Part shown: positions 35,504 to 44,850 of the stretch, one piece after another
How positions within the stretch are numbered: the stretch's first letter is position 1
Layout of the letters: the number at the start of each line of letters is the position of its first letter
DNA from: a virus
Taxonomy: Duplodnaviria; Caudoviricetes
IMG/VR virus record: IMGVR_UViG_3300045119_000159
Span: 1 to 58,837 of that record
DNA: 58,837 nucleotides
Direction: 5' to 3' (one strand)
Notes under the pieces: generated by a model
Told to the model about the DNA's origin: nothing
What the model saw: only the letters and a program-made list of their open reading frames with translations
The model's database searches: none
Made by a program: the position numbers and the translations under genes

Positions 35504-37225
35504 TTAGAACCCCGAATAAGGGGGCCATCCTTGCTTCCGGGAGAAATTTCCGCGCCCATATCGAGCACTTACAAAGCGCCCGCCCAGCACACGCGGCACG
35601 TCCCGCTCGTCATCGGTTATCTGCGCCTCGGCACTAGCTGCCTTGAACGCCTCGAATTTGGCCTTGGCAACACCGGCCATCTTCGGGTCCGCAGAGGCTT
35701 CGCTATACTGTAGCCATGCGAGGACGGCATCGCGGAAGTTAACCGGCCACCGGGTTGCGTCGAGGCCAATCCGCGAGACGTAGCGCAGCACAACTGGCGA
35801 GTAATTCAAATGGAAGGCGTCGAGTTCGTCCCGATAGTCGATCTCCGTCCATCGCGACAGAAGGCCGTCCGACCAGCTCTTGTAAATCTCAATGGTGCGG
35901 AACCAATCGTTTGGCTTAATCACGCGGTTGGAATAACCGGGAGAAACCGAGCCATCCGAGACGGAATTGGGCTCGCGATCAACTCCAGGCACACTGTCAT
36001 CGGTGGTGAGTATGGTAATCCCGTCATCGGCCGTCAGAGGATTTCCCTCATCATCGGTGAGGAAGGTAACACTTGCAGCACGGAACGGATCGGTCAAAAC
36101 GACAGTCTTGATCGCAAACCGCCAACGACCCTGTTCCAGAAGTTTGGTGACAGCCTGGATGTAGGCTCCTGACCATTGGAAACGCAGGAAGGGGTCGTCA
36201 GGGATATCGTATTGGTCCTTCGCGGTCTTCAGCGCAAGCTGATATTCGGTCCCTTCAACTTGCTCTTTCTGGGGCTTCCCCTTGTCGTCGCTGCCCTCCT
36301 CTTCGCCGCCCTCGCCCTCCCACTCCAGATAAGCCGCAACGGCCTTCGTGATGGCTTCCGGCCATATGGTCGAGTCCAACCCATCGGTTGACACATACGA
36401 AAGCGTGAAGGCCGGTGTGTTCGTGCTCCAGCCGTTCCCCGTCTCGCGAATATCGAAGGGACATTGAAGACCGCCAAAGTTGATCCACAGACCTTGCGTA
36501 TTGAGATAATCCGCAGGGGCTACGAAATGATAGGCCCAGCCAACATCGGGAGTACCTGACTGCTGCGATATGTCGTACTGGACGGTCTTCAGGCTGAAAT
36601 CGAAATTGGCCCCGGAAATGACGAACCGCGCCGCGCGTAGAAATTCGCCGTTGCGCTGGTAGGGCAGCCAGAAATCCGGCGACATCGCATCGCGCTCGAT
36701 AGCCTCCGGTAGCAAAGAGGCGAATAGTTGCGACATACGCCCGGTCGCGCTGTCGCCACCTGTAACCCGCCTCGCGACGAGAAAGGCAAGGTAGGCTGCA
36801 ACGGTTTGCGCAAAGTGCTCGGGCCAAGGATGCGCCGTATAAGCCGGATCGGCGTAGTTTGAAGAAACATAACGCAGCGTCGGGGCCACCGTGATGTTAT
36901 AATTGAAACCGACACCTTGATCGCGTAAATCGAATGGACACTCCCGCCCGTCTGAGGCCGCAATATAGATGGCGTGCGGCTGAAGACAGTCGGAGGGAAA
37001 CAGCGATGCGTTGACGTAACCTGGCATCCCACCCAGGACGCGCGGCAAAGTCGTCGTCACCAGCGCGAACCGCCACGGTGCCTGCTTCAGAACGAACGCA
37101 ACTCCTTCATCCCAAGCGTCATCAAGCGCATAACGAGCCGTGATGTCGTCCGTCAGCGTCGCAAGCCGCACATCGCCCAGCAACCGAAGAACGTCGTTAT
37201 AAAGTCTTAATTTTGTAGCGGTCAT
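35504..37225 (-). CDS. Tail tubular protein A (adaptor), triplicated
   Basis: Three repeats of W/FxF..P.D..LxYVS...WP..F..AVAAYL. Confidence 0.82.
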   Translation of the reverse strand: MTATKLRLYNDVLRLLGDVRLATLTDDITARYALDDAWDEGVAFVLKQAPWRFALVTTTLPRVLGGMPGYVNASLFPSDCLQPHAIYIAASDGRECPFDLRDQGVGFNYNITVAPTLRYVSSNYADPAYTAHPWPEHFAQTVAAYLAFLVARRVTGGDSATGRMSQLFASLLPEAIERDAMSPDFWLPYQRNGEFLRAARFVISGANFDFSLKTVQYDISQQSGTPDVGWAYHFVAPADYLNTQGLWINFGGLQCPFDIRETGNGWSTNTPAFTLSYVSTDGLDSTIWPEAITKAVAAYLEWEGEGGEEEGSDDKGKPQKEQVEGTEYQLALKTAKDQYDIPDDPFLRFQWSGAYIQAVTKLLEQGRWRFAIKTVVLTDPFRAASVTFLTDDEGNPLTADDGITILTTDDSVPGVDREPNSVSDGSVSPGYSNRVIKPNDWFRTIEIYKSWSDGLLSRWTEIDYRDELDAFHLNYSPVVLRYVSRIGLDATRWPVNFRDAVLAWLQYSEASADPKMAGVAKAKFEAFKAASAEAQITDDERDVPRVLGGRFVSARYGRGNFSRKQGWPPYSGF

Positions 37226-37228
37226 CGG

Positions 37229-37408
37229 CTACCCTTTGCTGAGCAGGGTACGGCGTTTTTTCTTTGGTTTTCCCTCTGACAAGGCGATCGCAATCGCCTG
37301 CTTGCGATCCGTGACCAATGGGCCACCCTTGCCACTGTTGAGCGTGCCTGCCTTGAACTCGTCAAAAACTTGTTTCTTGCGCTGCGCTGGCGTTCCGAGA
37401 ATCGGCAT
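37229..37408 (-). CDS. DUF6496-like small basic protein (59 aa)
   Basis: VFDEFKAGTLNSG...VTDRKQAIAIALSE. Confidence 0.8.
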   Translation of the reverse strand: MPILGTPAQRKKQVFDEFKAGTLNSGKGGPLVTDRKQAIAIALSEGKPKKKRRTLLSKG

Positions 37409-37899
37409 CAGGCCGCCATCTTCTCGCGCCGGATCTCGGCCAGCTTCTCGCGAGCCAGCGCCTTGGTCGCGATCCTCTCCTCCACCGCATTGCCGAAGCG
37501 GTCCTGGATCGTGAATTTGTGCGGCCCGTGGAAGGTGATCTTGTATCCGTCCTCGTGATCTTCGTCCGACAGATCGACTTCAGGCGCGTCGGGGAGGTCG
37601 CTTGGCAACGGAATGCCATCGGCACCACAGAACCGGATCGGTCGAACCCGCACCCACAATGGCGCTTCATGCGAGTCACGCGCTATGACACGCAGATCCA
37701 TCTCGAACGAGCCGTCTTCCGCGATAATCTCGATCACGTCATGGAGGCGGAATTTCGCGGCAAGATGCACCCAGAAATCGGGGTTGCGGCAGTGGGCAGG
37801 GGTGACGCCGGGCTTAACGGAAATATCATGCCGGGCGTGGGCATACTCGCTGCGCAAACTCCTTGTCGGCAACAACCTATTGTCGATATCCAAAGACAT
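37408..37899 (-). CDS. Hypothetical protein
   Basis: Late-operon ORF, PDFWVHLA motif. Confidence 0.75.
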   Translation of the reverse strand: MSLDIDNRLLPTRSLRSEYAHARHDISVKPGVTPAHCRNPDFWVHLAAKFRLHDVIEIIAEDGSFEMDLRVIARDSHEAPLWVRVRPIRFCGADGIPLPSDLPDAPEVDLSDEDHEDGYKITFHGPHKFTIQDRFGNAVEERIATKALAREKLAEIRREKMAA

Positions 37900-37919
37900 T
37901 GAGCACCTGTGAATTATGG

Positions 37920-37949
37920 AAAAAGGGGCGGCCAGTTTCCCAGCCGCCC
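37920..37949 (-). terminator. Rho-independent terminator after the capsid genes
   Basis: GGGCGGCTGG-GAAA-CTGGCCGCCC then CTTTTT on the minus strand. Confidence 0.8.
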
Positions 37950-37960
37950 AGGTCGGAGAG

Positions 37961-38227
37961 TTACTCGGCGATCACCACGCCGGTCTGCGAGATCGTGCAG
38001 GCAGGCGCGTTGGTGCAGGTCAGGACGTTCGCGAGTGTCGTGGCCGGCGTCGCGGTATCGACGATCCAGATGACATCGCGCACCTTGACGCCCATCGCGA
38101 AAGCGTTTGCGATGTAGTTGGCCGCCTTGACCGTCGCGAAACTATCGGCCGAGCGGTAAACCCACTCGTTCCAAGTGCCGTCAAAGAGACCATCGATCTT
38201 GCTGAGATTGTTCTGGTTGTAGGCCAT
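37961..38227 (-). CDS. Capsid decoration-like protein
   Basis: Directly after the major capsid gene; Y.SAD..ATV.AANY...GVKVRDVI. Confidence 0.7.
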   Translation of the reverse strand: MAYNQNNLSKIDGLFDGTWNEWVYRSADSFATVKAANYIANAFAMGVKVRDVIWIVDTATPATTLANVLTCTNAPACTISQTGVVIAE

Positions 38228-38248
38228 CCGGCCCTCCTTTCAATTCGG

Positions 38249-39088
38249 TTACGAGGACAGGCCGGTGTCGTCGTGGGTGAACTTGACGATGCCGGAGTTT
38301 TGCAACTTCACCGCAGCGTGGAAGATGCTGGCCCGGCCCCAGGATGTGTCCTGCTTCTGGTCGTAACCAATCATCGCGTCGATGCCCCTGGTGGACATCG
38401 CATAGCCGGCGGCATTCTTGTGCCAGGCAAGGCAAGTGGAAGTCGTGCCGTTGCCGGTCAGGCCGGTATGCTCGGCCCAATTGATGCCCATCCAGTATTT
38501 CCACACCCCAAGACTCGGGATGCCCTCATCGACCTTCTGCGTCGCCGTGTATTGCGTGTTGGCGAACGAGGTGATGTCCGTCATGTACGCATAGGCAGCA
38601 GGAGACAGCGCGCAGTAGATGTTGCCGCTATCCACCTCGCCGACATTGGCGTTGCGCAGAATGACCGCGATCTTGTTGGCGATGGTCTTGTTCATCGTGC
38701 CGATCGCGCCGAGAGACACGGAGCCCGTTGCAAGAGCCGTCAGGATCACCGAGTCCTGCTGACGGTGGATGACCGCCATCGAGTTTTCGCGGATCAGCCT
38801 GATCTGATCGCCCTGCGACCTGAAGATGTCGAAATTGGTGTATTCCTTCAGGTCGTGCGCTTCAGTGAAGGTCAGCGTGACTTGGGTCTGGCTGTCGTCG
38901 GCCGGCGGGATTTCACCGTTGGAGCCGCGAGTTACCGCCGCGCGATTGCCGGAACCGGCGACGAGAAACACAAGCTGGCCGCCGCGATCCTGAGTATCGC
39001 TGCGAACGGTATCGACGAGAACCGCTTTGCGGCGCTCGAACGCTTCGATGTACTCTTCCTTGTAGCGGACTTGTTGGGCAACAGACAT
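38249..39088 (-). CDS. Major capsid protein
   Basis: YKEEYIEAFE, AVTRGSNGEIP, AWHKNAAG; follows scaffold; GGAG RBS. Confidence 0.88.
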   Translation of the reverse strand: MSVAQQVRYKEEYIEAFERRKAVLVDTVRSDTQDRGGQLVFLVAGSGNRAAVTRGSNGEIPPADDSQTQVTLTFTEAHDLKEYTNFDIFRSQGDQIRLIRENSMAVIHRQQDSVILTALATGSVSLGAIGTMNKTIANKIAVILRNANVGEVDSGNIYCALSPAAYAYMTDITSFANTQYTATQKVDEGIPSLGVWKYWMGINWAEHTGLTGNGTTSTCLAWHKNAAGYAMSTRGIDAMIGYDQKQDTSWGRASIFHAAVKLQNSGIVKFTHDDTGLSS

Positions 39089-39099
39089 GGCCCTTTGCT

Positions 39100-39280
39100 C
39101 CTGTAAACAGGGTTGCGTGGGGCCTTCGATCGGGTGTCCGTTTCATCGGGTTTGCGGGTGTCGGCAGAGCCGGGCCGCGCGCCGTTTCAGCGGGGCTTTT
39201 CGTAGGCGGTTTGTGGTAGGGTGAGGCTGAGCCTCGGAGATTGCCGGGGCCGCTATGCGGGTGTCCGGCGAATGAAAAAA
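39100..39280 (-). promoter_or_regulatory. Structured leader upstream of the capsid gene
   Basis: Non-coding; three GACACCCG copies plus GGCCC/GCCCC elements. Confidence 0.5.
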
Positions 39281-39282
39281 GA

Positions 39283-40266
39283 CTAGGCTGCGCTGCGCCG
39301 CCCTTGGCGTTCCTCGCGGGCAGTTAGCGCTTCAAAGATTTGATTAAGGCGGGCATCCTCAGTCTTGCTGAGACCCTGCGTGACCGATTTCGTGACAAGT
39401 TCTTTCTTTTCCTCCTCAAGCGACTTGCCGCCGCCGGCACCGTCGCCGGCGACCAATGTTTCCTCATCGGCAAAAGCGCGGGCAAGTTTAGCCATCGCCC
39501 TAACGAAAGGCGCGTGATCTTTAAGCGCGACACCACTCGGCGACCGAAACGAGCGAACCATCTCTTCCGCTGTTTCGGGATCGAAAAACGGTTCGGGAAG
39601 AAGACGTGAGAACGCGCCCTCTGCGAAAAGAAACTCTTCGGCAAGCTTCAGATTTTTAGCATAATCTCGCCTCCCCCACTCAGTTTTGAGTGCGTCGATC
39701 TCGCCGTCCGTCGCTTCTTGAGCAACCGCAAATTGCGCTTCTTGATTGCTCCTCGCAGTTTCCAGATAGAATTCAAACGCCGCCTTGGCTGCGGCGGGAG
39801 TCACGTTGCGATCAAGCATCCGCTGCTGGAATGCCGACAAGATCTCCTTAGCCCCCTCGCTTGGGGTTATTCCCTCGGGATAGGCAATCCCGTAACCATC
39901 GGGCTTCTCGGGAATGCCGAGCGCCTTGCGGTGAGCGGCGACTTCTTCCGGGGTCGCGTCCTCGGGAAGCTCCGGGGCGCGAGCAGCCGAGAAATCCCGC
40001 CGCAGCCGAGGGATCGCCTTGTGGTAGTTTTCCTCGCTGGTGAAGCGGTTGAGCCATGCGCGGTATTTGGCGTCTTCGCCGACACCGGCTGCCTTGGCTA
40101 CCTTGTCCCGCCAATCCGGCTCTGCCGTGGTGTCCGGCGCTTCGGTATCGGCACCACCGCTCAGTAGCGCTGCCTTGTCGGCAACCTGCGTGGTCGTCTT
40201 TCCCGCTTCGGGCGCGGCTTCCTGATCGCCATCGACTTTCTCGATGACGGCTTGATCGTCAGCCAT
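39283..40266 (-). CDS. Capsid scaffolding protein
   Basis: Acidic/helical; LGIPEKPDGY, LKTEWG; upstream of capsid. Confidence 0.85.
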   Translation of the reverse strand: MADDQAVIEKVDGDQEAAPEAGKTTTQVADKAALLSGGADTEAPDTTAEPDWRDKVAKAAGVGEDAKYRAWLNRFTSEENYHKAIPRLRRDFSAARAPELPEDATPEEVAAHRKALGIPEKPDGYGIAYPEGITPSEGAKEILSAFQQRMLDRNVTPAAAKAAFEFYLETARSNQEAQFAVAQEATDGEIDALKTEWGRRDYAKNLKLAEEFLFAEGAFSRLLPEPFFDPETAEEMVRSFRSPSGVALKDHAPFVRAMAKLARAFADEETLVAGDGAGGGKSLEEEKKELVTKSVTQGLSKTEDARLNQIFEALTAREERQGRRSAA

Positions 40267-40277
40267 AACTCAGCTCT

Positions 40278-40997
40278 CTAGCTTGTGAAGTACAAATCGT
40301 TGAAGTTTGATCGGCTCCCAAGGTCGAGCCGTATCCAAGCGTCCCCGCCACTGCCGGGCAGGGCAGCGGTGCCGCTGACTATCGCCGCTTGCGCAGCAAG
40401 CGCTCCCGTACCTGTCGAACCGCTTGTCCCCGTCGCCAGGATGGTCGAAATGCCATCAATCAAGCTTCCGATGCCGGTCGATGCGCTTATGCCGTTTGCA
40501 GCAAGCGTCGCGGCTGTCGCAACCACATTGCCGGTGCCGGTAGAAGCGGATATCCCCGTACCCGCCACTGTGGGTGACTGCGCGACAAGAGTGCCTGTGC
40601 CGGTAATACTCGGAAAACCAGCAGTGCCGCTTCCGGCAACTGTCGCGGCGCTATCAGCGAGCGCCCCAGTTCCAGTCGATACGCTGGCACCAGAACCAGC
40701 AAGAACCGCAGCGGTATCGGCTAGAGCGCCGGTTCCCGTCGATGCGGAAGTGCCAACCCCCGCCAGTACCGCAGCACCAGCAACCAGCGCCCCGGTGCCG
40801 GTACTCGATGATATTCCAGCCCCGGCAACCGCAGCGCCTTGGCTGGTTAGCGCTCCTGTGCCGGTAACACTCCCACCAAGATCGGCACCCAGCGGGTAGA
40901 GCCGTATATCGGCCGGGTTAGCGTCAATCTTTGCCCGAAGAAAGACATCCGCAGTCGCGGCGCTAGTTTGCCGACCTAACTGGAAATAAAATTGCAC
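40278..40997 (-). CDS. Gly/Ala/Thr repeat fibre protein
   Basis: About eight 21-aa repeats STGTGALxxxAAxxAGxG. Confidence 0.75.
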   Translation of the reverse strand: MQFYFQLGRQTSAATADVFLRAKIDANPADIRLYPLGADLGGSVTGTGALTSQGAAVAGAGISSSTGTGALVAGAAVLAGVGTSASTGTGALADTAAVLAGSGASVSTGTGALADSAATVAGSGTAGFPSITGTGTLVAQSPTVAGTGISASTGTGNVVATAATLAANGISASTGIGSLIDGISTILATGTSGSTGTGALAAQAAIVSGTAALPGSGGDAWIRLDLGSRSNFNDLYFTS

Positions 40998-41003
40998 AGG
41001 GTA

Positions 41004-41330
41004 TTACTGTTCCATCAATTTCCACGGGAAGGCGCGCCCCGTCCCGGTCAGTTGCTTTAACGTGACGTGCATCGACTGATCGCTGGGAAGGAACTCACTC
41101 TGCGCGATTTTACAAATGCTCGACCCGTCGAAAGTGCCTTTCCAGACCAGTCGTTCTGTTCCGCCATTCAGGATGGTCGAATAAAGACGCAATTCAACCT
41201 TCTCGGACACGTCTGCCAGCGCATTGATGTCAACCAGTAAGCTGAACGTCGCATTGCTTGTTCGCGTTGCCAGCGTATGCTCGGTGCTGATAACCGCTGT
41301 TTGCGTTCCTGAATTGACGGTCCAGGTCAC
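41004..41330 (-). CDS. Hypothetical structural protein
   Basis: beta-rich; LKQLTGTGRAFPW; coupled. Confidence 0.7.
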   Translation of the reverse strand: MTWTVNSGTQTAVISTEHTLATRTSNATFSLLVDINALADVSEKVELRLYSTILNGGTERLVWKGTFDGSSICKIAQSEFLPSDQSMHVTLKQLTGTGRAFPWKLMEQ

Positions 41331-42151
41331 GCCCTGACACCATGAAGCACAATGCCTTGCGCTGTGGCGCTATCGGTGCAAACCCTAGCCGCGAGCCGCG
41401 ACCCAGCGGGGATGTTGACGGGGAAAAACGGACTCAATCCTGGCGAATAGATCGTTTCGGCCACCTCGGCGCGGATATAATAATTCGGAATGATGACCGC
41501 CTCGCTTCCCGCGCCGCCTACTGCGATATCCCAAAAATTATTGAATGTCGCGGTCGTGCCCGATCCGTCAAACTCGATCATCAGCCCAGCATAATCGACA
41601 GCGGTCGACGCGATCACCTGGGCATAAGATCCCTTGCTCCCGGATGTGCCAGCCGTGACGGACGTTGAAGCCGTAGTGGCTGCGGTAAAACCGAGCGCAT
41701 CAATCCCAGCCGCACCCGAGCTTTGCGTAAATCCTCCATCGAAGAGATCGGCCCCGAGGTAGACATTCATTCCCGTATTGTCACTTTGATAGCGCGCGGC
41801 AACCCGCGTTCCGGCGGGAATGTTGAGAGGAATCAACTGGCTTATTGTCGTATACGCAGCAGAACCATAATTCCCCGTCGAAAAGAACAGGTCGGCGACA
41901 ACAACCACTTCCGAACCGGCACCGCCAAATCCAATATCGATTGACACTCGATGCGCCACAGCGCCGCCCACGATGCCCTTTAGGTACAGCGCGCAGCAAT
42001 CACCCGCCGATGATGCGACAAACTGCGACCAGGCACTTTTTGTGTTTGTCGATCCCGGCGCAGTCAGTTGCGCGGGCAGGCAATTTAAAGCGTGGTCATT
42101 GATGCTGCTAGGATTGCTGAGCGCTCCTAGTAAAGGAAACCCACCGGTCAT
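41327..42151 (-). CDS. Structural protein with two duplicated beta domains
   Basis: DIxxGGAGSE...NIPAGxRxAAR occurs twice. Confidence 0.75.
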   Translation of the reverse strand: MTGGFPLLGALSNPSSINDHALNCLPAQLTAPGSTNTKSAWSQFVASSAGDCCALYLKGIVGGAVAHRVSIDIGFGGAGSEVVVVADLFFSTGNYGSAAYTTISQLIPLNIPAGTRVAARYQSDNTGMNVYLGADLFDGGFTQSSGAAGIDALGFTAATTASTSVTAGTSGSKGSYAQVIASTAVDYAGLMIEFDGSGTTATFNNFWDIAVGGAGSEAVIIPNYYIRAEVAETIYSPGLSPFFPVNIPAGSRLAARVCTDSATAQGIVLHGVRA

Positions 42152-42561
42152 GCGGTGATCGCCGCAGGACGCCCCGGCCCCAATAGGCCGATGGTCACGA
42201 GATAGGCCAGCCAGTTGTTCAGAGTCGTATCATTGAGATCAACCGTGATCGCGCATTGAATAGCGCGCAACGGACGAAGCGCCGTTGTGTCGGCTGTCGT
42301 GTAAATCGCCTGCAACTCAAGCCCGGTGAACCGCAGCAGAAAGGCGTAGGTGCTGAGCGAGCGCACCGTCGCCGGAGCAGCGGTGACGACCACCGAATGA
42401 GTCGGCGCGTCCCATTGATGCGTTGCATCAAGCGGCAATTGTCCGGTCAGCGCGGTTAAGCCATTCGCGGTCAGGGTCGCCGCATTCGCGACCGGATCGA
42501 CATCATTGGGATTGTAGGAATAGAGGACCCCGGTCGCGGTTCTGTAGATATAGATGGCCAC
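42148..42561 (-). CDS. Hypothetical protein, possible fibre chaperone
   Basis: FLLRFT..E...VDLND...YLV..GLL..R motif. Confidence 0.7.
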   Translation of the reverse strand: MAIYIYRTATGVLYSYNPNDVDPVANAATLTANGLTALTGQLPLDATHQWDAPTHSVVVTAAPATVRSLSTYAFLLRFTGLELQAIYTTADTTALRPLRAIQCAITVDLNDTTLNNWLAYLVTIGLLGPGRPAAITA

Positions 42562-42573
42562 AATACCCCTGCT

Positions 42574-42897
42574 CTAGTTTGGCGTACTCACCAGAGTATT
42601 GACCGTGGTGCCCTCGACATCCGTGCCGCCCGCCTTATAGGCGACGGCATAAAAAGTCAGGCCGGGAAGACCATTCACGCCCAGCGAATAATTGCCTCCC
42701 GCATCAGAAATCGTGGTGGCAAGAAGGGTGTTGCTTACCGTGTCGAAAACATTAACCACGCAAGTCTCGAGCGGCGTACCCGTCGAATTCCGCGTCACCC
42801 CGGAAATGATATATCGCTGTGGTGTCAGCCTGTTAGGCGCATTGACCCAGACGCTAACCGAACGAGGGCCGGGGCCGACGCAATAGCAAATCGGCAT
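42574..42897 (-). CDS. Prealbumin/carboxypeptidase-regulatory-like beta-sandwich protein
   Basis: ISGVTRNSTGTPL...TISDAGGNY. Confidence 0.7.
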   Translation of the reverse strand: MPICYCVGPGPRSVSVWVNAPNRLTPQRYIISGVTRNSTGTPLETCVVNVFDTVSNTLLATTISDAGGNYSLGVNGLPGLTFYAVAYKAGGTDVEGTTVNTLVSTPN

Positions 42898-43448
42898 CAG
42901 TTACATGACTGGATGGCAGCGAATTGAGTCGTGATCGAACCTGCCGTGGTGCCCCAGATGATCGAGACCCCAATCCCTGTCGCAATCCCGACATCAACCG
43001 TAGCAACCGATGTGCCGCCCAACGCTAGCACAAACGGCGCTGAAGTCGTTGGCAGAAGGCCCTGCGTGATAAACTGCCCCCAGCCGATGAAGGTAGAATT
43101 TGCACCGCCCGCAGCCGCTACAGCGCGGCACAGCACATCAAGCTCTAGCCGCCAGGGCCGGTTTGTCGTCGCGCCCGGCGAGAACAGCGCTCCCGAGGCA
43201 CCCACGCTGGAAGATGTAACGAGAAGCCCGACACGCGGCGTCAGCGTGACGCTACCGGTGTTGGCGGGCAATGTGATAATTCCGCCCGCCGTGACCTTGT
43301 ACCATTTGCCGGGACGCGCATCGTTCGCATTGATCGGCGTATTTAAGGCAACCGGCCACAAGAGGGCTTCGGTCGTGACCGTCGAATATGTCAGGATGTC
43401 GGCAAGCACCGGCTCCTGAAGGACATCCATTACATATTGACGGCTCAA
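42897..43448 (-). CDS. Hypothetical structural protein
   Basis: beta-rich, KVTAGG, PWRLE; coupled. Confidence 0.7.
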   Translation of the reverse strand: MSRQYVMDVLQEPVLADILTYSTVTTEALLWPVALNTPINANDARPGKWYKVTAGGIITLPANTGSVTLTPRVGLLVTSSSVGASGALFSPGATTNRPWRLELDVLCRAVAAAGGANSTFIGWGQFITQGLLPTTSAPFVLALGGTSVATVDVGIATGIGVSIIWGTTAGSITTQFAAIQSCN

Positions 43449-43459
43449 ATCATGCCCTC

Positions 43460-43834
43460 CTAGTTCGGGGCCGTATAGGTCAGGCTCGTCAGCGCCACAG
43501 TCTGCCCGGCAGAAATGACCACCGAGGACAATTGGATATCGCCGCCACCACCCGTTGCCGTGACCGAACAGAGAATGATTGCCGTCCCTGCCGCGTTTCT
43601 CAGTTCCGCCTTGGCAATCGTGCCGCCAACCGCGTTCGTATCAGAGGTGATCGCCGCTGCGGTTGCGACGCCGGCAGAGGTCGTGAATGACGTGTTGGAA
43701 AAGGTCAGCGTCGCTACCGTCACTGAGCCCGCAGTCTGCATAATCAATTTGCCTGGAGGCGTCCCGCCATCGATCAGGGCCGTTACGGTGCTCGCAATCG
43801 TGGTGCGGACAGCCGTTGGGTGTGTAACCGCCAA
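43460..43834 (-). CDS. Phage fibre/structural subunit
   Basis: AITSDTNAVGGT...GGGDIQLSSVVISAGQTV..TSLTYT. Confidence 0.75.
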   Translation of the reverse strand: MAVTHPTAVRTTIASTVTALIDGGTPPGKLIMQTAGSVTVATLTFSNTSFTTSAGVATAAAITSDTNAVGGTIAKAELRNAAGTAIILCSVTATGGGGDIQLSSVVISAGQTVALTSLTYTAPN

Positions 43835-44025
43835 TGCGCTACTCTCTGCCGGTCAGTTCGGCTCTCGGCTCTAGCCAAGGCGCAATCTTGCGCTCAGAAA
43901 GCCATTGCTGAACAAGCCTAAACATTTGCGCGGTAGAGTCCATCCTGTACGTCAGCCCGACGCAATACTGGCTCTTGGTTTCGTCCGACCAAAAATCCAC
44001 CAGTGCGGTAAACTGCATCAGTGCC

Positions 44026-44322
44026 TCACTGGATATAATGAACCGACACCGGCACGGCTATCGCACCATAGGCCGACACTTTGCCCTGCGGGACTTCCCC
44101 GTTGGCGAAATACAAATTCCTGCCGCCCGGCAGCAGAAGCCCTGTCGTTGCTGTCGCGTCCTGCCCGTCGAAGCGGACCCGGATCGCATTCGTCGGATCT
44201 TCATTGCTGACGATCAGCGCCTCAGTCGCGATACCGGCCGCGATCAGATCCGTGGCGCTGCCGGCGTTGGTGTTGAACACCGGACGGTGGTTCCAAGGAC
44301 GTGTCGCGTAATCGCCAGCCAC
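44026..44322 (-). CDS. Hypothetical structural protein
   Basis: IRVRFDG..AT.TTGLLL motif. Confidence 0.7.
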   Translation of the reverse strand: MAGDYATRPWNHRPVFNTNAGSATDLIAAGIATEALIVSNEDPTNAIRVRFDGQDATATTGLLLPGGRNLYFANGEVPQGKVSAYGAIAVPVSVHYIQ

Positions 44323-44325
44323 ACG

Positions 44326-44658
44326 CTAACCTTTCCCCCGCGCTCGCCGGGCTACTCTCTCGGTCATCGTGCGCGCTGGCGGCTCTACCCGTTGCGGTGC
44401 TTCCATCGGCGTTTCCGCGATGGTCTCTAGCTGCAAGCCAACAAATTGTCGCCCCTGACGCCACCACATGATTCCCGGTTCGTCAGGGATGGCGAAACTC
44501 AGCTTGCCTACTGCTGCGAGTTCCTTGACCACGAACTGCCATGCGAGTTGCTGTTCCGCTGGCCCCGCCGTGCCATTCTTCCACGCCTTGATCGCGCTGC
44601 CGACATCGCGCGGCACTCCTATCGTCGCGTCGGCTTCCAACTCGCGGAGAGAACGCAT
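44326..44658 (-). CDS. Bbp19-like portal-associated protein
   Basis: G.A...EQQLAW...SF...QGRQFVGLQ. Confidence 0.72.
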   Translation of the reverse strand: MRSLRELEADATIGVPRDVGSAIKAWKNGTAGPAEQQLAWQFVVKELAAVGKLSFAIPDEPGIMWWRQGRQFVGLQLETIAETPMEAPQRVEPPARTMTERVARRARGKG

Positions 44659-44849
44659 CAGCGTTTAACCGGCTTGCCGTCCTCGTCGAGCCACACGCAA
44701 TCACTCAGTTTCCACTTGAACCACGGCTGCCCCTGGGGCCGCAGCATCGCGGCACGGGCAGCCTGACGGCGGCGCTCACCTCTTTCGTCGTTGGCGTCTT
44801 GAATCTGATCGCCAAGCCACAGGAAGAACCGGCGCTTAAGTCGGCCCAT
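44658..44849 (-). CDS. Hypothetical protein resembling a portal fragment
   Basis: RAAMLRPQGQPWF and LSDCVWLDE match portal RAAMLRPRGQQWF and LRDCAWLDD. Confidence 0.55.
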   Translation of the reverse strand: MGRLKRRFFLWLGDQIQDANDERGERRRQAARAAMLRPQGQPWFKWKLSDCVWLDEDGKPVKR

Positions 44850-44850
44850 T

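Noticed and set aside
38227-38260. Capsid frameshift or readthrough extension
   Set aside because: TAA stop, no slippery site seen, and the next gene has its own RBS
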